A stretch of 59,127 bases of DNA, counting the filler, from Jimgerdemannia flammicorona (taxonomy: Eukaryota): the NCBI GenBank assembly GCA_003990765.1. It is 2 parts of 2 records of this genome, joined end to end, with 100 filler letters (N's around TTAATTAATTAA, not from the genome) between each part and the next. Parts side by side here need not be neighbours in the genome. Positions count along the whole stretch, not along the records: positions 1 to 29,517 come from RBNJ01000494.1; positions 29,618 to 59,127 come from RBNJ01000495.1. One strand, 5' to 3'. Below are positions 23,701-37,506 of the stretch, one piece after another. Under the pieces are notes generated by a model. That model was given only the letters and a program-made list of their open reading frames with translations. It was not told the origin of the DNA and did no database searches. A program made the translations under genes and the position numbers. Every line of letters begins with the position of its first letter. Position 1 is the stretch's first letter.

Positions 23701-26672
23701 GCATTTGAACAACTTCAGCCCATTTACCCCATCAGATCTTATCATCTAGTAAGGAGGAATTGAGACGCCAATGTCCAGGCCCATCCCCACTCCCCCCAAA
23801 ATGTCCCTGCCCCAAAAGCCCCCAATGATCTGACCAAGAACACCACTCCACCTCCAGTGACTTCCAAACATCCAGGCCCCAGCAGCTGGCTGTCAGAATC
23901 TAATCAATCCTCATCTCCAGGCCCCTGGCCCAGTGTGTGTACACCCTCCTATTCCCCCAACATTCCCTACCCACATCCACCAGAGCACTCAGTCTTTCCA
24001 CTTCCTCCTATGCTACCAGTCCTCCACTCCAACCTACAGCTCCTCATCCTCCATCAGTTCTATTTCTCAATATGTCTCTGACCATATTGAAGTCCCTGCT
24101 GAGCACATCAACTCCAACCTCTACAAGAATTCCACTCTCCTGTAGGCCTGTCACCCAATTCACCTGCTCACTCTGTACTGCAGAGCAGTAATAGGAGCCC
24201 ACCACTACTGGCTCCCAACCTGTGCATATCCACTCTCCCCAGACCAATCTATCCCCTCAGCTCTGCACATCCCATATCTCCCCTCTGCCCTTCCACACCA
24301 GAATTCCAACCTTGCCCTTCCAAACTGCCTCACCTCCCCACTCCTGCATCCATTTCAGTCTATTCAAGTCATCCTCACACCTGACATCCTGCAAGAGGAA
24401 GAGATTAGCCTCCAATCCCTTCAGCCAAGTAAAAATATTCTTACATTGATAAGCACCCTGTAACCCATTCACATTCAGAGAAAAAATGTTGATTGTACTA
24501 TTCATAAGGGAAATTATATAGTTTCAGATGTATTCTCTACTGCTCTATGTCCACTTTCTTCTGTGCCCTATCCAGGTTGTGCTCGGCAATAGCCTCTGCT
24601 TCCTCAGTCCTCTTAGCCTTCAATTCAGCCAGGATTTCAGCCATCTCCCCATCCTCCTTTTCCTCAAACTCCTTGTGGTACTCCAAACAAGCCTCTTACC
24701 AGAGCTACAGTCCATGCCACTTAGTCCAACAGTAGGCAGTCTGCTCACCCGCCACAACTACCAGAGCAGCTTCCCTCTCCTTATCTACCTCATACCCCTC
24801 CTCCTCCAAGTATACCACCAGAATTTCTGCCTTCAATGCTGCCACCACTCCATCACCCTGCAGGATCCTTACCCAATACTCATCGCTCATCACTCAGAGG
24901 TCAACTTCCCCCAGCTCTTCCACTGCCAAGTTGTTCATCATCTGGCATACCCAGAGCAAGTTTTCCACCTCCTTTCCTCCTGGGGTTGCTGGCCTCCCTC
25001 CATCCAACATCATAATATCAGCCCCTACACTTGCTGACTCATTTTATTCTGCCTCTGGGACATCCACCAATTCCTCTTCCCCAGTCACCTCTACCAATCC
25101 CCCCTTCTCTACATTTGGGACTCCAAAGCACACCTGCTGAGCACTGTGCATTGGCACATCCTCCATCACCCTACCTCTCACCACCAGACCCCTTCTGATA
25201 AGGAGAGAGGGTGAAGGTGAATCCTCCCAGATTTCCTCCCAAACCTCCAGTGTGCCATCTTCATACAGATTCTTGCTTGGCACCTTCACAGCCTCCACCT
25301 GCCCCCCCTCCTCATTCCTGCCACTACTAGTAGCCCAGACACTCACCTCAGTACCTCCAGTGGTTGCACTATCACTTGCCTTTCTCATCACCTCCATTCC
25401 CATTTTTGCCAACAATTCCCTCTGCCTTCTGTGCCCTTGGGACCTCTCCCACACCTCCTTGTTGATGTGGACTTACTTTCCTCCAACCACCTCAAGATGT
25501 ATCACCTCTTCGAATGCCTTCTATACTTTTGCCCTCCTTTCCACTGCTCCACTCAACTCCTCCAGCACTTCTAGCAGATCCTCCTCCTCCTCCTCCTCCT
25601 CACTCCCCTTTACTCTCATCATCTTGCACAAGATAGCCCCCCATACTATCACTGAGGGCCAGTCCCAAGCCTTCCCAGTAGCCTCCCACCCAGCCAGCCA
25701 AATCCTGATGTCAATATCCCCTGTCCGGAGGGAGATTCCTTCCTACACTCTGAACCCAATATCGACTACCTCCCTATACTCTGCCATGATCTCCTTGACT
25801 CTCTTCCTCATCTCTACAGTAGTAACAGTGGGAACTCCTTTCACCAGAAGCTGCACTACTCTTGGGTCTCACTGCAGGTATCTCATCATCAGTACACACA
25901 CCTTGCCCACTTTCATCTCAGTCTTCAAAACCTCCTCCAGTGGCCCAGTCTCCTCAAATCCCACCTCCACCCCTTCTAGGCCCTTCAGGAACTTAACAGA
26001 TACTGCACCACTCATCTGCTTCGCAATCAGCCCCAGAACCATTTTTGCTGTCACTGCTAAGCCCCAGAAACACATCGTGACTGCAAATTCTGAGATTGAC
26101 TTCTTGAGTAATGGAGCCACCGCCAGTCATATTATACCATCTGCCAGGTCTCTGGGCCTCATGCCCTTCCCACTGCTTGGCTCACCATCAGCAGTCCCAT
26201 CTAGATTTTTTGCCAGATCACCTGTCACACCCCCATCAGCAGTCTCCACCTCAGCTGCTATCCCCCTAGCTCTACCCCTATGGCCCTCTGGAGAGATATT
26301 CCCATGAGGTAGCTGCCTTGTAGCCCTCACTGGCACCTTCTCCCCCCTCAGCCAGCTCTCCAGTCCAGCTCTCTGCTGACCCCCCTTCACCTTCTCTGCA
26401 AAACTCGCTCTGCCAGACCCTTGACCTTCAGCTCTGCCCCCTCCTCCACCATATCTTCCTGCCAGCAGGCCCCTCATACTTCCCCCCAAGCCAGGGCCTC
26501 TCCCCACTTACTGCCATTCAAATGCTCCAGGGCCACCCTACCCAGTATGCACCTCAGAATACTTGTTGGTTGCTATGATACTAGTAGCTTGTCTCCAGAA
26601 ACTGTGTCAAAAGTGTTGTCAAAAGATTGTGTAACCTGAATGTTACTGGAGAAAGATGTCGAGCATCACACC
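20736..26672 (-). mobile_element. Full-length L1/Tx1-like LINE copy A (ORF1 + APE-RT-zinc ORF2), decayed
   Basis: Poly(T) 20736-20784; degenerate TSD CCCTTT(T/C)ATT(G/A) at 20725-20735 and 26673-26683. ORF2 start MNSTINIFSLNVNGL (24505), DFN, WSDH, PGEDG, FLDQEKAYD, PQGDPLSPILY, FADD, YLG, C-terminal CFDC..EHWLGEC. ORF1 ~24530-26570. Confidence 0.93.
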
Positions 26673-27599
26673 CCCTTTCATTATTATTGTCTTTGGCACT
26701 ATTTCCTTAGTACATTTCCTTATTTATGAGACTCATTATCATATAGGTATAGTCTGTAAGAATACTGCTCTCACATATAGCTATAATAATAATATTATAT
26801 GTATTCAGAAGTCCTCTTGTAAGTGCTATAATCTTATCTTTATTATTAATACAATCTGCAGATATACTGAGAGAATTCACTTAATTCACCAAATCATTAA
26901 TATGACTGATATATTTGCAGATACTCTCCTTAAGCTTCATTTGAAAATTAAATAGTTGAGTTTTCAGATAGAATTAATTTGATACAGATACTTATATATG
27001 ATGATTACATAGGGTTTTCCACACTTTGTTAACTATGTCTATATATATTATAAGCTTCATTTGTAAGTTTAATAATATAAATATGATCTTACATAATACT
27101 TAGTAATCATTTATAGGGTTGTAGTCTTGAATCTGTGCTTGTGGCTTTGTATACTTAGCCAAGCTGCATTTGTCTAGAAGATTAATTATATAGAATACCC
27201 AGATAGTATAATCTTTTCCATCAAAGATCAGAATGAACTTCTTGACTGTGTTTACACTTACAATAGAGACTGCTCTTATCACCAGAATACTTATGATTGG
27301 TGTATCTATATTACTCGCATTGTTAGATTAACTATCTACTATTTCTAGTATATATTATATTGTATATATTTATAAGGTATATGTATGTATTTATTTATTT
27401 ATTTTTGCTATATCTACTTAGTGCTAGTAGAGCTTATAACCTTTGTTAGGAAAGAGAGGTATTTTTATTGAGTTTATATAGGATGCATACATATTTCATA
27501 TATTACTAATAGATAATTTAAACCCGATAAAATCACCAATTATATGTTAATATATCAAGTTGCTATCTCAATACTAACTAATCTCAGAAATTTCCTAAT

Positions 27600-29200
27600 T
27601 GGATATTGTCTATAGTGATATACCAATTTAATTAAGCTAATCTTAGTTTTCCTGAACTTTCTGAAATAACAGAAATCTTGAATATTCAGAATAAGTCTAA
27701 GAAAAGAACTTTAATTGAAACATTAACTCAATCTTGAAATCAATAAGTATGTATAGAGAATATACTCTATATGAAATTGATCTTGATTTAAAGAGAACAA
27801 TCTTTCAGAACTATGTAATGATATTCTAATAGAGTATTCTCTTATAATCTATACTATTAGAGAATAATCCATTAAATCTGTCTTATTATACTGAATCTGC
27901 CTAATAAGAAAATTATCAAAATTATCTATATTATGTAAATTAGAGAACTTATACTTTTAGAAAATATCTGAATATTTTATTACTTTTTGACAAAGTAACT
28001 GAGAGCTCAAGCCAATCTATATAGCCTTCTCAATCTTGTAATTATCTTTATTGAGCTAGTATATTATAATATATAAATAGAAAACCAAGTCTTCAAAGAG
28101 CTCAAATACTACATAACTATAGTATTAGTCTTTATATAACCTAATCTATAAAAATCATTTATATTATATACAGATATCTCTAAAGATACATAGATCTAAA
28201 AATCATATCTTAAAGAAAGTTCTCATAACTATCAAAGAGAAAGAAGATCTTATCTAATATAAATATTAGAAAACTTACTAAAAATAGATAAATATAAAAG
28301 AAAAACTAAAAAAAATATACTAACATTGATTCTATCTTAGAATATAAGTTAGAAATATTTTCAGAAGATATGATATCTACCAGAAGTATCAAAGAAAGAA
28401 AAACTATCAAGTACTATTATAACTAATCATACTATTTGTCTATATCTTTCAAAGATAGAGAGTAGATAGTATATATTAGACTTCTGTCAGTTATACTAAG
28501 ACAAAATAAGTATATTTTAATATTTATAAAATATTTGACCAAATAATCTGAGGCTTTCTCAATAAAAATTACAGATGTCTCAACTATTATAGACCTTCTT
28601 TATAGTCTCACTCTTAGATGTAGATCTTCAGAAAAACTTATCTCAGATTATAGAATAGAATTTATTAATAAATTAATTATAACTTATATATAAATTTATA
28701 AAATTTACTTAAAAAGAACTATATTATACTATCTCTAAACCAATAATATAATAGAGTATATAAACTAGACTATTAAGAAAGAACATATCTAAGTCAATCT
28801 TACTAACTGAGATCTCTATTTACCAAAAATTCTTTGAGAAATTCAGAATATCTCTACTATATATCTTCACTAAATAAAAGCTATTTAAAATAATATTTAC
28901 TAAGAAGACTAAAACTATTGATAACAAAAATCTTGGAAAACTTCTTAATAAGACAGAATAATTATAAAATCACATCTAAGCTCAGATAATTAAGACTTAA
29001 GAAAAATTAGAAGATTAAAATTAGAGATTAAGTTCTTATTTGAAGAAGTATTAGTAAAACTAATTTTGCTACCAAACTGAAACTCAAATAAAAAGGATCT
29101 TATTTTATATATAATATTAGAGAAATAAGTATCTATATAGAAAGTATAAATATATACTCTAAAGACTTTAATATATTAATTATCTCAAGATATATATATA
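27600..29200 (+). mobile_element. Extremely decayed Ty3/gypsy pol relic
   Basis: Residual motifs FILYTD (RNase H), YILIFIKYLTK*SEAF and LISDYRIEF (integrase) in very AT-rich sequence. Confidence 0.6.
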
Positions 29201-29517
29201 TCTACTATCTACATAATAATCTAGAGAATTGATCAGTATCTTCATACTCTTATCCTTAACTTCTTTTAGATCTTATTAGTTTTCCTATCTCAATTTTTAT
29301 AAAATCAATAGAAGCTATTTTTAATAAATCTAAATATATTAGGAGAATCTTATCTTAATATAATAACTACTATAGATTTATCAAACTATAAACTTACTAT
29401 ACTATTAGTAAACAGCTATAAGACCTTTCAGCTTCAGAATAGATCTATATCAGAAATACTATATATTTATTATAAAAAAAAAAATACTACTAGTATAGAT
29501 AAACTCTTTTTTTTTTT

Positions 29518-29617
29518 NNNNNNNNNNNNNNNNNNNNNNNNNNNNNNNNNNNNNNNNNNNNTTAATTAATTAANNNNNNNNNNNNNNNNNNNNNNNNNNN
29601 NNNNNNNNNNNNNNNNN
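29518..29617. other. Artificial assembly spacer (N44-TTAATTAATTAA-N44)
   Basis: 100-nt gap with a six-frame-stop 12-mer at its centre (29562-29573). Confidence 0.95.
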
Positions 29618-29639
29618 AAAAAAAAAAAATTGTGATATA

Positions 29640-30562
29640 AAGGCTTCTGATAAGGAGTAGCAGAGGGGGCACACTGTATTGGAATTTATTGGCAGGGTAA
29701 TAAAGGAGAGATAGTTTGAGACCCAGTAATGTAGAGATGAGACCAAGTATTATTGAGAGGCATTCCCTTAGTCAAGTTCAATATTGGTGATGGGATAGAC
29801 TGCCAAAGGGGACAAGGCCAGGATCTGTGACCTAGTAGATAGCAGAGAGTCAGTATTGAAGAAGAGTGGAACTGACATAGTATATGGGTCTGGAGTGCTG
29901 AGGTGAGGAGGTGGATGCCACTAAAGTACTGGGTGGTCTGGTGGTGCATGCTGAGAAGGAATGTGATGCTCAACCTCTGCTCAGGTCACCTTATCAAGGG
30001 GGGTTGCTTTGACTGTGAGGAGTGCTACAATGTAGAGCAGGAAGGGGAATATATGCAAATATCTGAACATTGGCTAGGGGAGTGTGAGGTACTTAGTGAC
30101 TTCTGGCAAGATGTTAGAGACTGCTTGGGGATAGTATATAGGAGTGATGGCATGCAGGATTGGTGGGAAGATCTGAGAAATAGACTGGTAGGGGGGGTGG
30201 GAAAGAAGTGGCTTATCTTGGGCTGGGTTTTGGCAATTTGGATGGGGTTGGCCAGTCACTAGCTATTTGTATTTGAAGATAGAAAGAGACTTGGCTTAAG
30301 GGACTAGTTGTTGCATTGGCATGACCTTATGGAAGACACCTTGACAGGCTGGTGGCTTGGTTGGGGGCTACGGGGTGGTTGAAGGTACTGCTTAATAGAG
30401 AAGATCTATAGACAGAGTCAAGAGAGGGTGGGGGTAATGGGTGAGAGGGTGATCTTTATTCATGATAATATAGAGAGGGGCTCCCCTATGGGAATCAGGT
30501 AGGGGGAGAATATGCTGTATAATTATGAATAGATTGGTAATAAATGGCAGAGTCCAAGTAAC

Positions 30563-30598
<36 letters not shown>
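29640..30598 (+). mobile_element. 3' end of LINE copy B (same family as A)
   Basis: WVVWW...GGCFDCEECYN...EHWLGECEVLSDFW; terminal GAGTCCAAGTAACTATA followed by poly(A) 30566-30598. Confidence 0.9.
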
Positions 30599-30600
<2 letters not shown>

Positions 30601-31060
30601 ATCAATTTGACTCAGGTTTAGAACTAAATTAAATCAATTTGACTTGGGTTTGGAACTGAATTGAATCAATTCAAATCAATTCAATTTGGGTATCCTTAAA
30701 GCATACAATTCTGAAAGTCACATAACTCATATCAAACTAAATGAAAGTTGAATAAAAGCTGAATTGAATTGAACAAAAGCCAAACTAAATGAAAGTCAAA
30801 TGAAAGCTGAATAAAATCAAACAAAAGCCAAACCAAATGAAAGTCAAATCAAATAAAAGTCAAATCAAATGAAAGTCAAATCAAATGAAAGTCAAATTAA
30901 ATAAAGATGAAATCAAATGAAAGTCAAATTAAATCAAATAAAAGCCAAACTGAATAAAAGTCAAATCAAATGAAAGTTGAATCAAATTGGGCCTTGATTT
31001 GGTTTGTATTGAATTAAATTAAGAGTCAATTTGACTCGATTTAGTTTTTTGCAAGCACTA
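30599..31060. mobile_element. One end of a hAT-type DNA transposon/MITE with subterminal tandem repeats
   Basis: Array of AAATCAAATGAAAGTC-like units ending in GCAAGCACTA, the same AGCACTA terminus as the 53.3-kb MITE. Partner end not seen. Confidence 0.55.
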
Positions 31061-31064
31061 TGCT

Positions 31065-34000
31065 AAAGAACAATACAGCTACCTACCATATAAATTCTTC
31101 CTCCACTCTTTTTACAAATATAATTCACCAGATTCAGATGGCCCCCCCAATCTGGTCCCCACTCTCTCTACCAACCATTCAAAATGTCAAGTAATAACCA
31201 TTACCAATGTACTCCCCTAGCTCCAGCTGCAACCTACTAACCTTTGCTGGAGATTCCCCCATCTCTCTCCTTCCCCCTCTATCAGGGGTCACAATTCCAT
31301 TTTGCTAGCAATACTGTGCCAAAACTCCCCCAAAACTTCACACTCCTCTAGCCAATATTCAGATGTTTGTATCACTCCCCCTTCCTGGCCAATATCCATA
31401 CTTATACTCAAATATATCATCTGTCACCAAGTGTTCTAACCAATAGTTCAGCATCATATTCAGTCTTAGAAACCTCCACCATACTACCCAGAACTTGGGG
31501 GGAAGCCATTGCATCACCTGCTTGCTTCAAAGCCAGAGACCATTCTAGTTCCACTCCTTGCCAATCTCTATCCTTTACCATGCTATAGGCCACACATCCC
31601 TCCTGAGCCCCTATATACATTCCATTCTATTGCCAAGCTGAAATTCCTTCACCAATACACCTCCTAGCAATAGCCAGTCCCATCTACATCCATAGTCCCC
31701 AGTCCTCCTCTCTCTCATAACCTCTCCACCAAAGTCTAATTCTCCTTATACTATCCACCACTCTCTACCAAAAGCTTTTATAATACATCCTCCTGCTCCC
31801 ATCCATGGCCACCATTGCAAGCAGATCACCAGTTACTTCTCAAGAGGAATATCTGACTTTCCACACTCTTTATATGAGTGGTACCCACTTCTGGCCTCTC
31901 AACTCACTCACCCTCTTCAGTTACCATACTCTCAGACAATAAAGATGCTTGGTAAAGTCTACCAAGCCCAGTCCTCTACTATCAACAGACATAGTCAGAA
32001 CCTCCCAGCCTATCTGACTTTGCTGTCTAGCCCAAATTTATGATCTTGCCATCTTCAGAAGTTGCCTGACCACCCACATTGGGAAGTTTAGATGATATTC
32101 CACATACTACAGCTTTGGTAGCCAATATACATTCAGCACTATCACCCTTCCTGCTAAGGATATATACTGACCACCTCATCTCAAGAGAACATTCCCCTAT
32201 ACTAGTAGTCACTGTTCCCACTATATACAGAGCAGAAGGGACCCATATACCAAAAAATAGATCTCCAAGTACCAGACTGGTTTTTCTGCTAGGACCACTA
32301 TTCTAATCATGTCACTGCCAACTATTCCACCAACTAGCACCAGAGTCTCACATTTGTACCAGTTGAGTTAAGTATCTGAGCCTCTCTCAAACCAATCCAC
32401 TGTCCTCCTTAATTCCTCCACATCTTTTAATAAGTCCAGTCTAACTACTATATCATCTATAAAAGTCCCAACCTTCCAGTTAATCCCCAAAATATCCAAA
32501 CCCCCAATTTGATACCAGATCCTGTCCAATAGGGGCTCCAAGGAAAGGACATATAAAATAGATGATAAAGGATCTCCTTGTAGTACTCTATGATCTAGCC
32601 AAAAAGTCACACTCCTGTGCCTATTCACCACTAATGCTGCTCAACTATTCTCCAATAGACTGATTAATGACCTTCTGAACTTTAGAGAAACTCCAATACA
32701 TTTCAGTACTCCTTCTAGCCAGACCCTCCTCACCTTATTGTATATCTTCTCCTGATTCAGAAATACTAACCAACTATTAACCCCACCTGCCCAAGCCTCT
32801 TCAATCACTCCATGGACTCAGACAGTTTTATCTCGGATCAACTGAATATCAAAAAATCCCCTCTACTCCACTTCTAGTACCTACTGAGTGATCCCCTGTA
32901 GCTTAGTCATCAAGATCTTTATCACCAGCTTATAGTCTATATCAAAGAGTATGATCAGTCACTAGTTCTTCCAATCTTCTCTTCTCTCCTTATTCTTATA
33001 GAGTAAGGAGACTAGCCCTAGGCTCCAATCTAAGTTTCAGATTGAAGGACCTCATCACTTATTGCTGTCATTTCCCCCAATGCCATCTCCACTCCAGCCA
33101 TCTTCTTTCAAAAATCCCAAGGAAGTCCATCCTCTCCTGGAGCTGTCTCCTTACTTATTGAAGCCAAGACCTTGTGTACTTCCTCCCCCCACACTGAGTC
33201 TAGATACCAATCCTGCAACTGCCATTCAATGTTCAGAGCATCCTCACCCCCTTCTTCTTCACTACATAAATTTCCCCAATAAGTTCTCAGTAATCCCAAA
33301 ATCTTAGGAGTCTCTGCCACTATCTCTCCATCCTTATCCAAAATACTATTCCACCACTATCTGGTTCTCTGGGCTTGGAGTAACTATAAAAGAAATCTAG
33401 TGGGCCTCTCCTCTTCCTCCAACTCCTGCCACCATAACCTTGCCACTATCCCCTTTAGCTGAACCTCTTCCTCCATTCATAATACTTTCTTAAGCTCATT
33501 TACTTTTTTTTGTATCCATAGAATTCACCAATTGGCTGCCCTCCAATTCTCCAGTAACTCTACCTATCTCTCCAGAAGTACTGCCAATCTCTGTAAAGCC
33601 CATTGTACTCACTGCTGCCACTGAGCACTCCTTTCTTTCTCTGCCTCACTTTAGTATCTCTGAGCACTTGATTTCAGCTGTGACTAGCAATCCTCAATCC
33701 TCAATCTCTGCTTTTGTCACCTATCAATCTTTCTAATAACTTTCACCTCTCAGTCTGTCTATAAGAAACTATCCTCCAATAAAGAAGAATTCAGTTGTCA
33801 ATGTCCAGATCTATCCTCACTTTCCCCAAATCTTTCACTTCCTAATAGACCCCAGTGATCCAACTACAGGCACCAAACTACCTCAAGCACATCCCAGACA
33901 TTCACTCTCCAGCACTCTGCCATCAATATCCAATCAATCTTAGAGCCCAGCCCTGTCACCCAGTGAGTATAAATTCAGCAATCTACTCAGAACTATTGCC

Positions 34001-34490
34001 TCAAGTCAACCAAGGAGCTCAATCTTTCAATCTCTATCCAATCATCCAATCTGCTGCTCCTGCCTCTCATTCCTCTCCCACTATTAGTTCTGTTCACTCC
34101 ATTATTATATACCATGTTGAAATTTCCCCCCAGGCAATCAATCTCTGCCTCATCCATAACACTAGCCTCCCTCAAGTCTCTGATCCAATCTATGCATTCC
34201 CCCCTCTCAGCTAGACAATAATACAATCCAACAGTCAAAGGGTTCCACCCAGGTCTCTTCCAAACACCCTACACCAACCTACTCCCCCAATGTCAAATAT
34301 CCCCAATGTCTTCCATCTCCTTTTGAACCAGAATGCCCACCTGCTCAGTCTATATAGCTACCCTACCCCATTCTCTAGTTCAGTCCTGTAAGTATATATC
34401 TATCTCATACTGTATATTCTATAGTAAAAAGAGATCCACATCCAGATCCTTCAATCAGCCAAAGATATTCCTTTGCCATATCACTCCCCT
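31065..34490 (-). mobile_element. LINE copy C (divergent subfamily; ORF2 only)
   Basis: LGGNFN, APGEDGLPWDF, LQGDPLSSILY, TFIDD, CEVFGEFW motifs on the minus strand, many stops. No poly(A) or ORF1. Confidence 0.85.
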
Positions 34491-34589
34491 CAATCTGTGT
34501 GTTTGCATATTTGCATATGTATTTTTTGCATACATATATTTGTGTATTTATATATTGTGTATATATATAGACACATTCAGCATATGAGT

Positions 34590-34973
34590 CATGTGGAGGA
34601 TTTGGATTGGAGGATTCAGATTGGAGGATTTGGATTGAAGGATTCAGTTGAAAGATTCAGATGAGGATTCAGATTGAAGGATTTCAATTAGAGAATTTGA
34701 ATTGAATGATTCAGATTGAGTGATTCAGATTAAGTAATTCAGATTGAATGATTTGGATTGAGTAATTTGGATTGAGTGGTTCAGATTGAGTAATTCAGAT
34801 GGGGTAATTCAGTTAGAGTAATTCAGATGGATAATTTGGATAAGGTGATTCAGATAGGGTAATTTAGATTAATCTAAGTTTATTTGAATTACTTTGGATT
34901 AGAGATTCAGATCAAACCATCATGTGACAAATTGAATCCAGATTTGATTCAAATTGACTTGTTCAGAGCACTA
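34590..34973. repeat. GATTCAGATTGA-type tandem array ending in GAGCACTA (probable hAT-type element end)
   Basis: About 20 degenerate ~15-bp units, followed by the same terminal motif as the MITE. Confidence 0.55.
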
Positions 34974-36199
34974 GTTGTCTAGTTGATCTGATTGATCTAA
35001 TTTGGTCATATCTCCTGATGGTAAGTCTGTTGGTACTGATTGAGGATTCTGTACTATACTGGCTTCTGGTTGAGATCCTTCTGATGCTGGGTAATTGGCA
35101 AGTCTTGAGGTAATTACTTCTCTTCCTGTTCAAATACTGGCAATGACTCATTCTCCTGTAGTGATAGAGATTGGTGTTATATCAAATGTATCCAGTTTGG
35201 CTGTTGGATTCTTGTGAGCTGAAAAGTCACATAGATTTAAAGAAAATATTCAGTTGAGCCCCCAAAATGGAATGTGCTGGCTCAATGGAGGCAAATTACA
35301 AGGTTGGGGTTGCTATGTAGATTGGCTTGAGCCCCCAGTTACTTTGTCAAAAGCAACAAAATGTTCAATGGTTTCTGGTATCCTTTTTGGTGTTTAGTGG
35401 TATAATAGACAAATCTGGATACAGCGGTCGATTTCCTTATTGGGACGGGTTCTTGGGAGTAAGCGGCGATTTGTGTGTAGCGCGGGCAGTTTCCTTATGC
35501 TATTTCTTCATGCAATTTCTGCGTGACGATCTTGCAATTCAGTGGACTATTTGGAGGATGCGGATTCTTCCCGAATTGGCGGATTACTTGAAAAAATGTC
35601 AGATGACGCGGATTCTCCGAATAACTTGGATGGCGATCTGAATCGGCGGTTTACTTGAAAATAACTCAGATGGCGCGGATTCTTCCTGAATCGGCGGGCT
35701 TCTGGCTTTGTCTGGCAAGTGTACCAAAATATAACGGATTTCTCAAATTCTTCAGGCTTATCTGGCAAGCGGACCAAAACGTGGCGGACTTCTTTGTATC
35801 AGAAATTGGACTGGAGTGGGAATAAGGCAAAGCTCACAACTTCTCAGCAGTGACTCATTGGCAAGCATGTCTCCAGGCATTTCTCCTAAGTGTACCAGAT
35901 AATTGGCTTTTGCTTTTGAACTTTTTGGACTGAGGTTTATTTACTCTTGTCTCTGGGGTATTTTATACAGTTGTGGTTGCTATCTGGTTACTATATAGCT
36001 AACTATAGAATGTACAGTAATGCTATTTAGAGAAGAGAGTAACCAAGTATATCTACTGAGTACAGGTGTGTCTAGTGGACACAGGTGTATCTTTAGGACA
36101 CAGATCAATAAACCTGATTTAGTATCTTTGACTAATTATAAGTAGCAGTATATGTGGGTGACATATATAGATAACTATACTATACTGAGTATTCATATC

Positions 36200-37200
36200 A
36201 TCTAGCTATACTATGTTATTTGCTTGTCACAATATCAACTTAAACTTCTAACTACAGCTCTCAAGTATATGATTAATATTTTACTAAGAAATATACTTTC
36301 TTACTTAGTGAGAAAAAGAACAAAAGATATCTTAAGTTTTATAAAATCTAAGTTTATAATAATTAAGTTATTTTATAAAGAGCTTATTATATTATATATA
36401 ATTATAAAATTTAATACTATATCTATTCTAGTATTTAGTTGAGCTCAGATTCTATTATAGAGACTTTCAGTTATTTAGCTAAATAAATATTAAATAACTA
36501 AATTTACTATTGATCATTTTTAGATTTATATTAATTTAAATAATATTTCTTTATAAGATAAAGTATAACTTTACTGCTAATATAAAATAGTATTTATATA
36601 AGTTCTAAATGAAAAAAAAATTGAATAATAAATAAAGTTTATAATATTTTATAAGAGTTTATAACTAAAATATAATATTTAGTATTAAAAATATATATAA
36701 ATATTTTAACTATATCTTAATATTGAGAAAATATTTTTAATTATTTAAAATATTCTATATAGAAAGATTATAAAATAACAATAAAAAATAATTAATTAAG
36801 TAAACTATCTTAAAATATTATATTAATAAATATTTAAAATTATAATTTTATATAAATAGTTAAATATATTAAGTATTTAATATATAAATATAATTTTTAA
36901 AATAGAATTTTTTTTTTATAATAATAATTATTATTTATCTATATTAAATATAGTATGATTAAAATTTGTAATAAATAAAATAATTTTATTTTTTAATATT
37001 ATTATTAAAAAAAAAAAAAAATTATAAATTTTAAAAATTAATTAAAAATTGAAATTATTTTATATATTATAAATAAATTAGATATATTATTAATAATATC
37101 CAATTGTTTAAATTAAACTATTTTAACCTAAGTATATAAATATTAAATATTTAAAAAGTTCTAAATTTTAATATCTTATATAAATTTGTCTCTATTTTGA
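36200..37200. other. Extremely AT-rich tract (probably terminally hypermutated repeat DNA)
   Basis: Almost devoid of C/G; ends abruptly at the 3' flank of the intact gene. Confidence 0.6.
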
Positions 37201-37506
37201 AGCATATAATGAATACATGGATATTTATTTCTGACATTATGAAAGTATACTTATCAAATACAACTTATTTGCAAATATATCCTTAATTGTACTTTAGTTA
37301 CTTGACAAGCAGATTATATATTGAAGTACAAATTAATGCAAAGTATGAAGTCCATTTCGCTCTGCCCTCCAATTCCGTGACCACTCAACTCGGCCAATGT
37401 TATCAGCCGACCTTAACTATGTCCCTATTAATTTGACAGAATTAGAATTGAAAATATCAAAAGTCTTTAGAAACCACCGCTCGACGTCGACGTATTTGCA
37501 ATCCGT

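Larger units (their letters stand above)
6900..27443 (-). mobile_element. Heavily decayed Ty1/copia LTR retrotransposon (~4.7 kb of own sequence) split by three nested insertions
   Basis: Minus-strand pieces in copia order: PBS-like GGTTATAAGC (27432-27441); gag FDGKDYTIW (27100-27282, to 26673); gag end/protease LIDSRVTQYM (19679-20735); integrase LDLIYTD|..KRYFLIFIDD (18288-18498 joined to ~9000-9610); RT HQMDVKTAFLN/KGLYSIKQ (8040-8249) and YWQAVGSLIYL; RNase H QDNQ..SRMKHI..DLLTKAL (6919-7227). Matching LTR pair not resolved. Confidence 0.88.

Noticed and set aside
25252..26307. 351-aa plus-strand ORF (also 50984-52165 + and 53605-54471 -)
   Set aside because: Ser/Pro/Thr-rich antisense shadows of the purine-rich LINE ORF1, with no independent evidence of coding.
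27444..27600. Copia 5' LTR paired with a 3' LTR near 6.6-6.9 kb
   Set aside because: A TG end next to the PBS is visible, but I could not align it to the other side, so LTRs and TSD are not called.
29562..29573. TTAATTAATTAA as a piggyBac target or biological palindrome
   Set aside because: It is centred in an N-run, so it is an artificial six-frame-stop linker. Adjacency of the left and right halves of the window is therefore unproven, and I draw no linkage between the two kinases.
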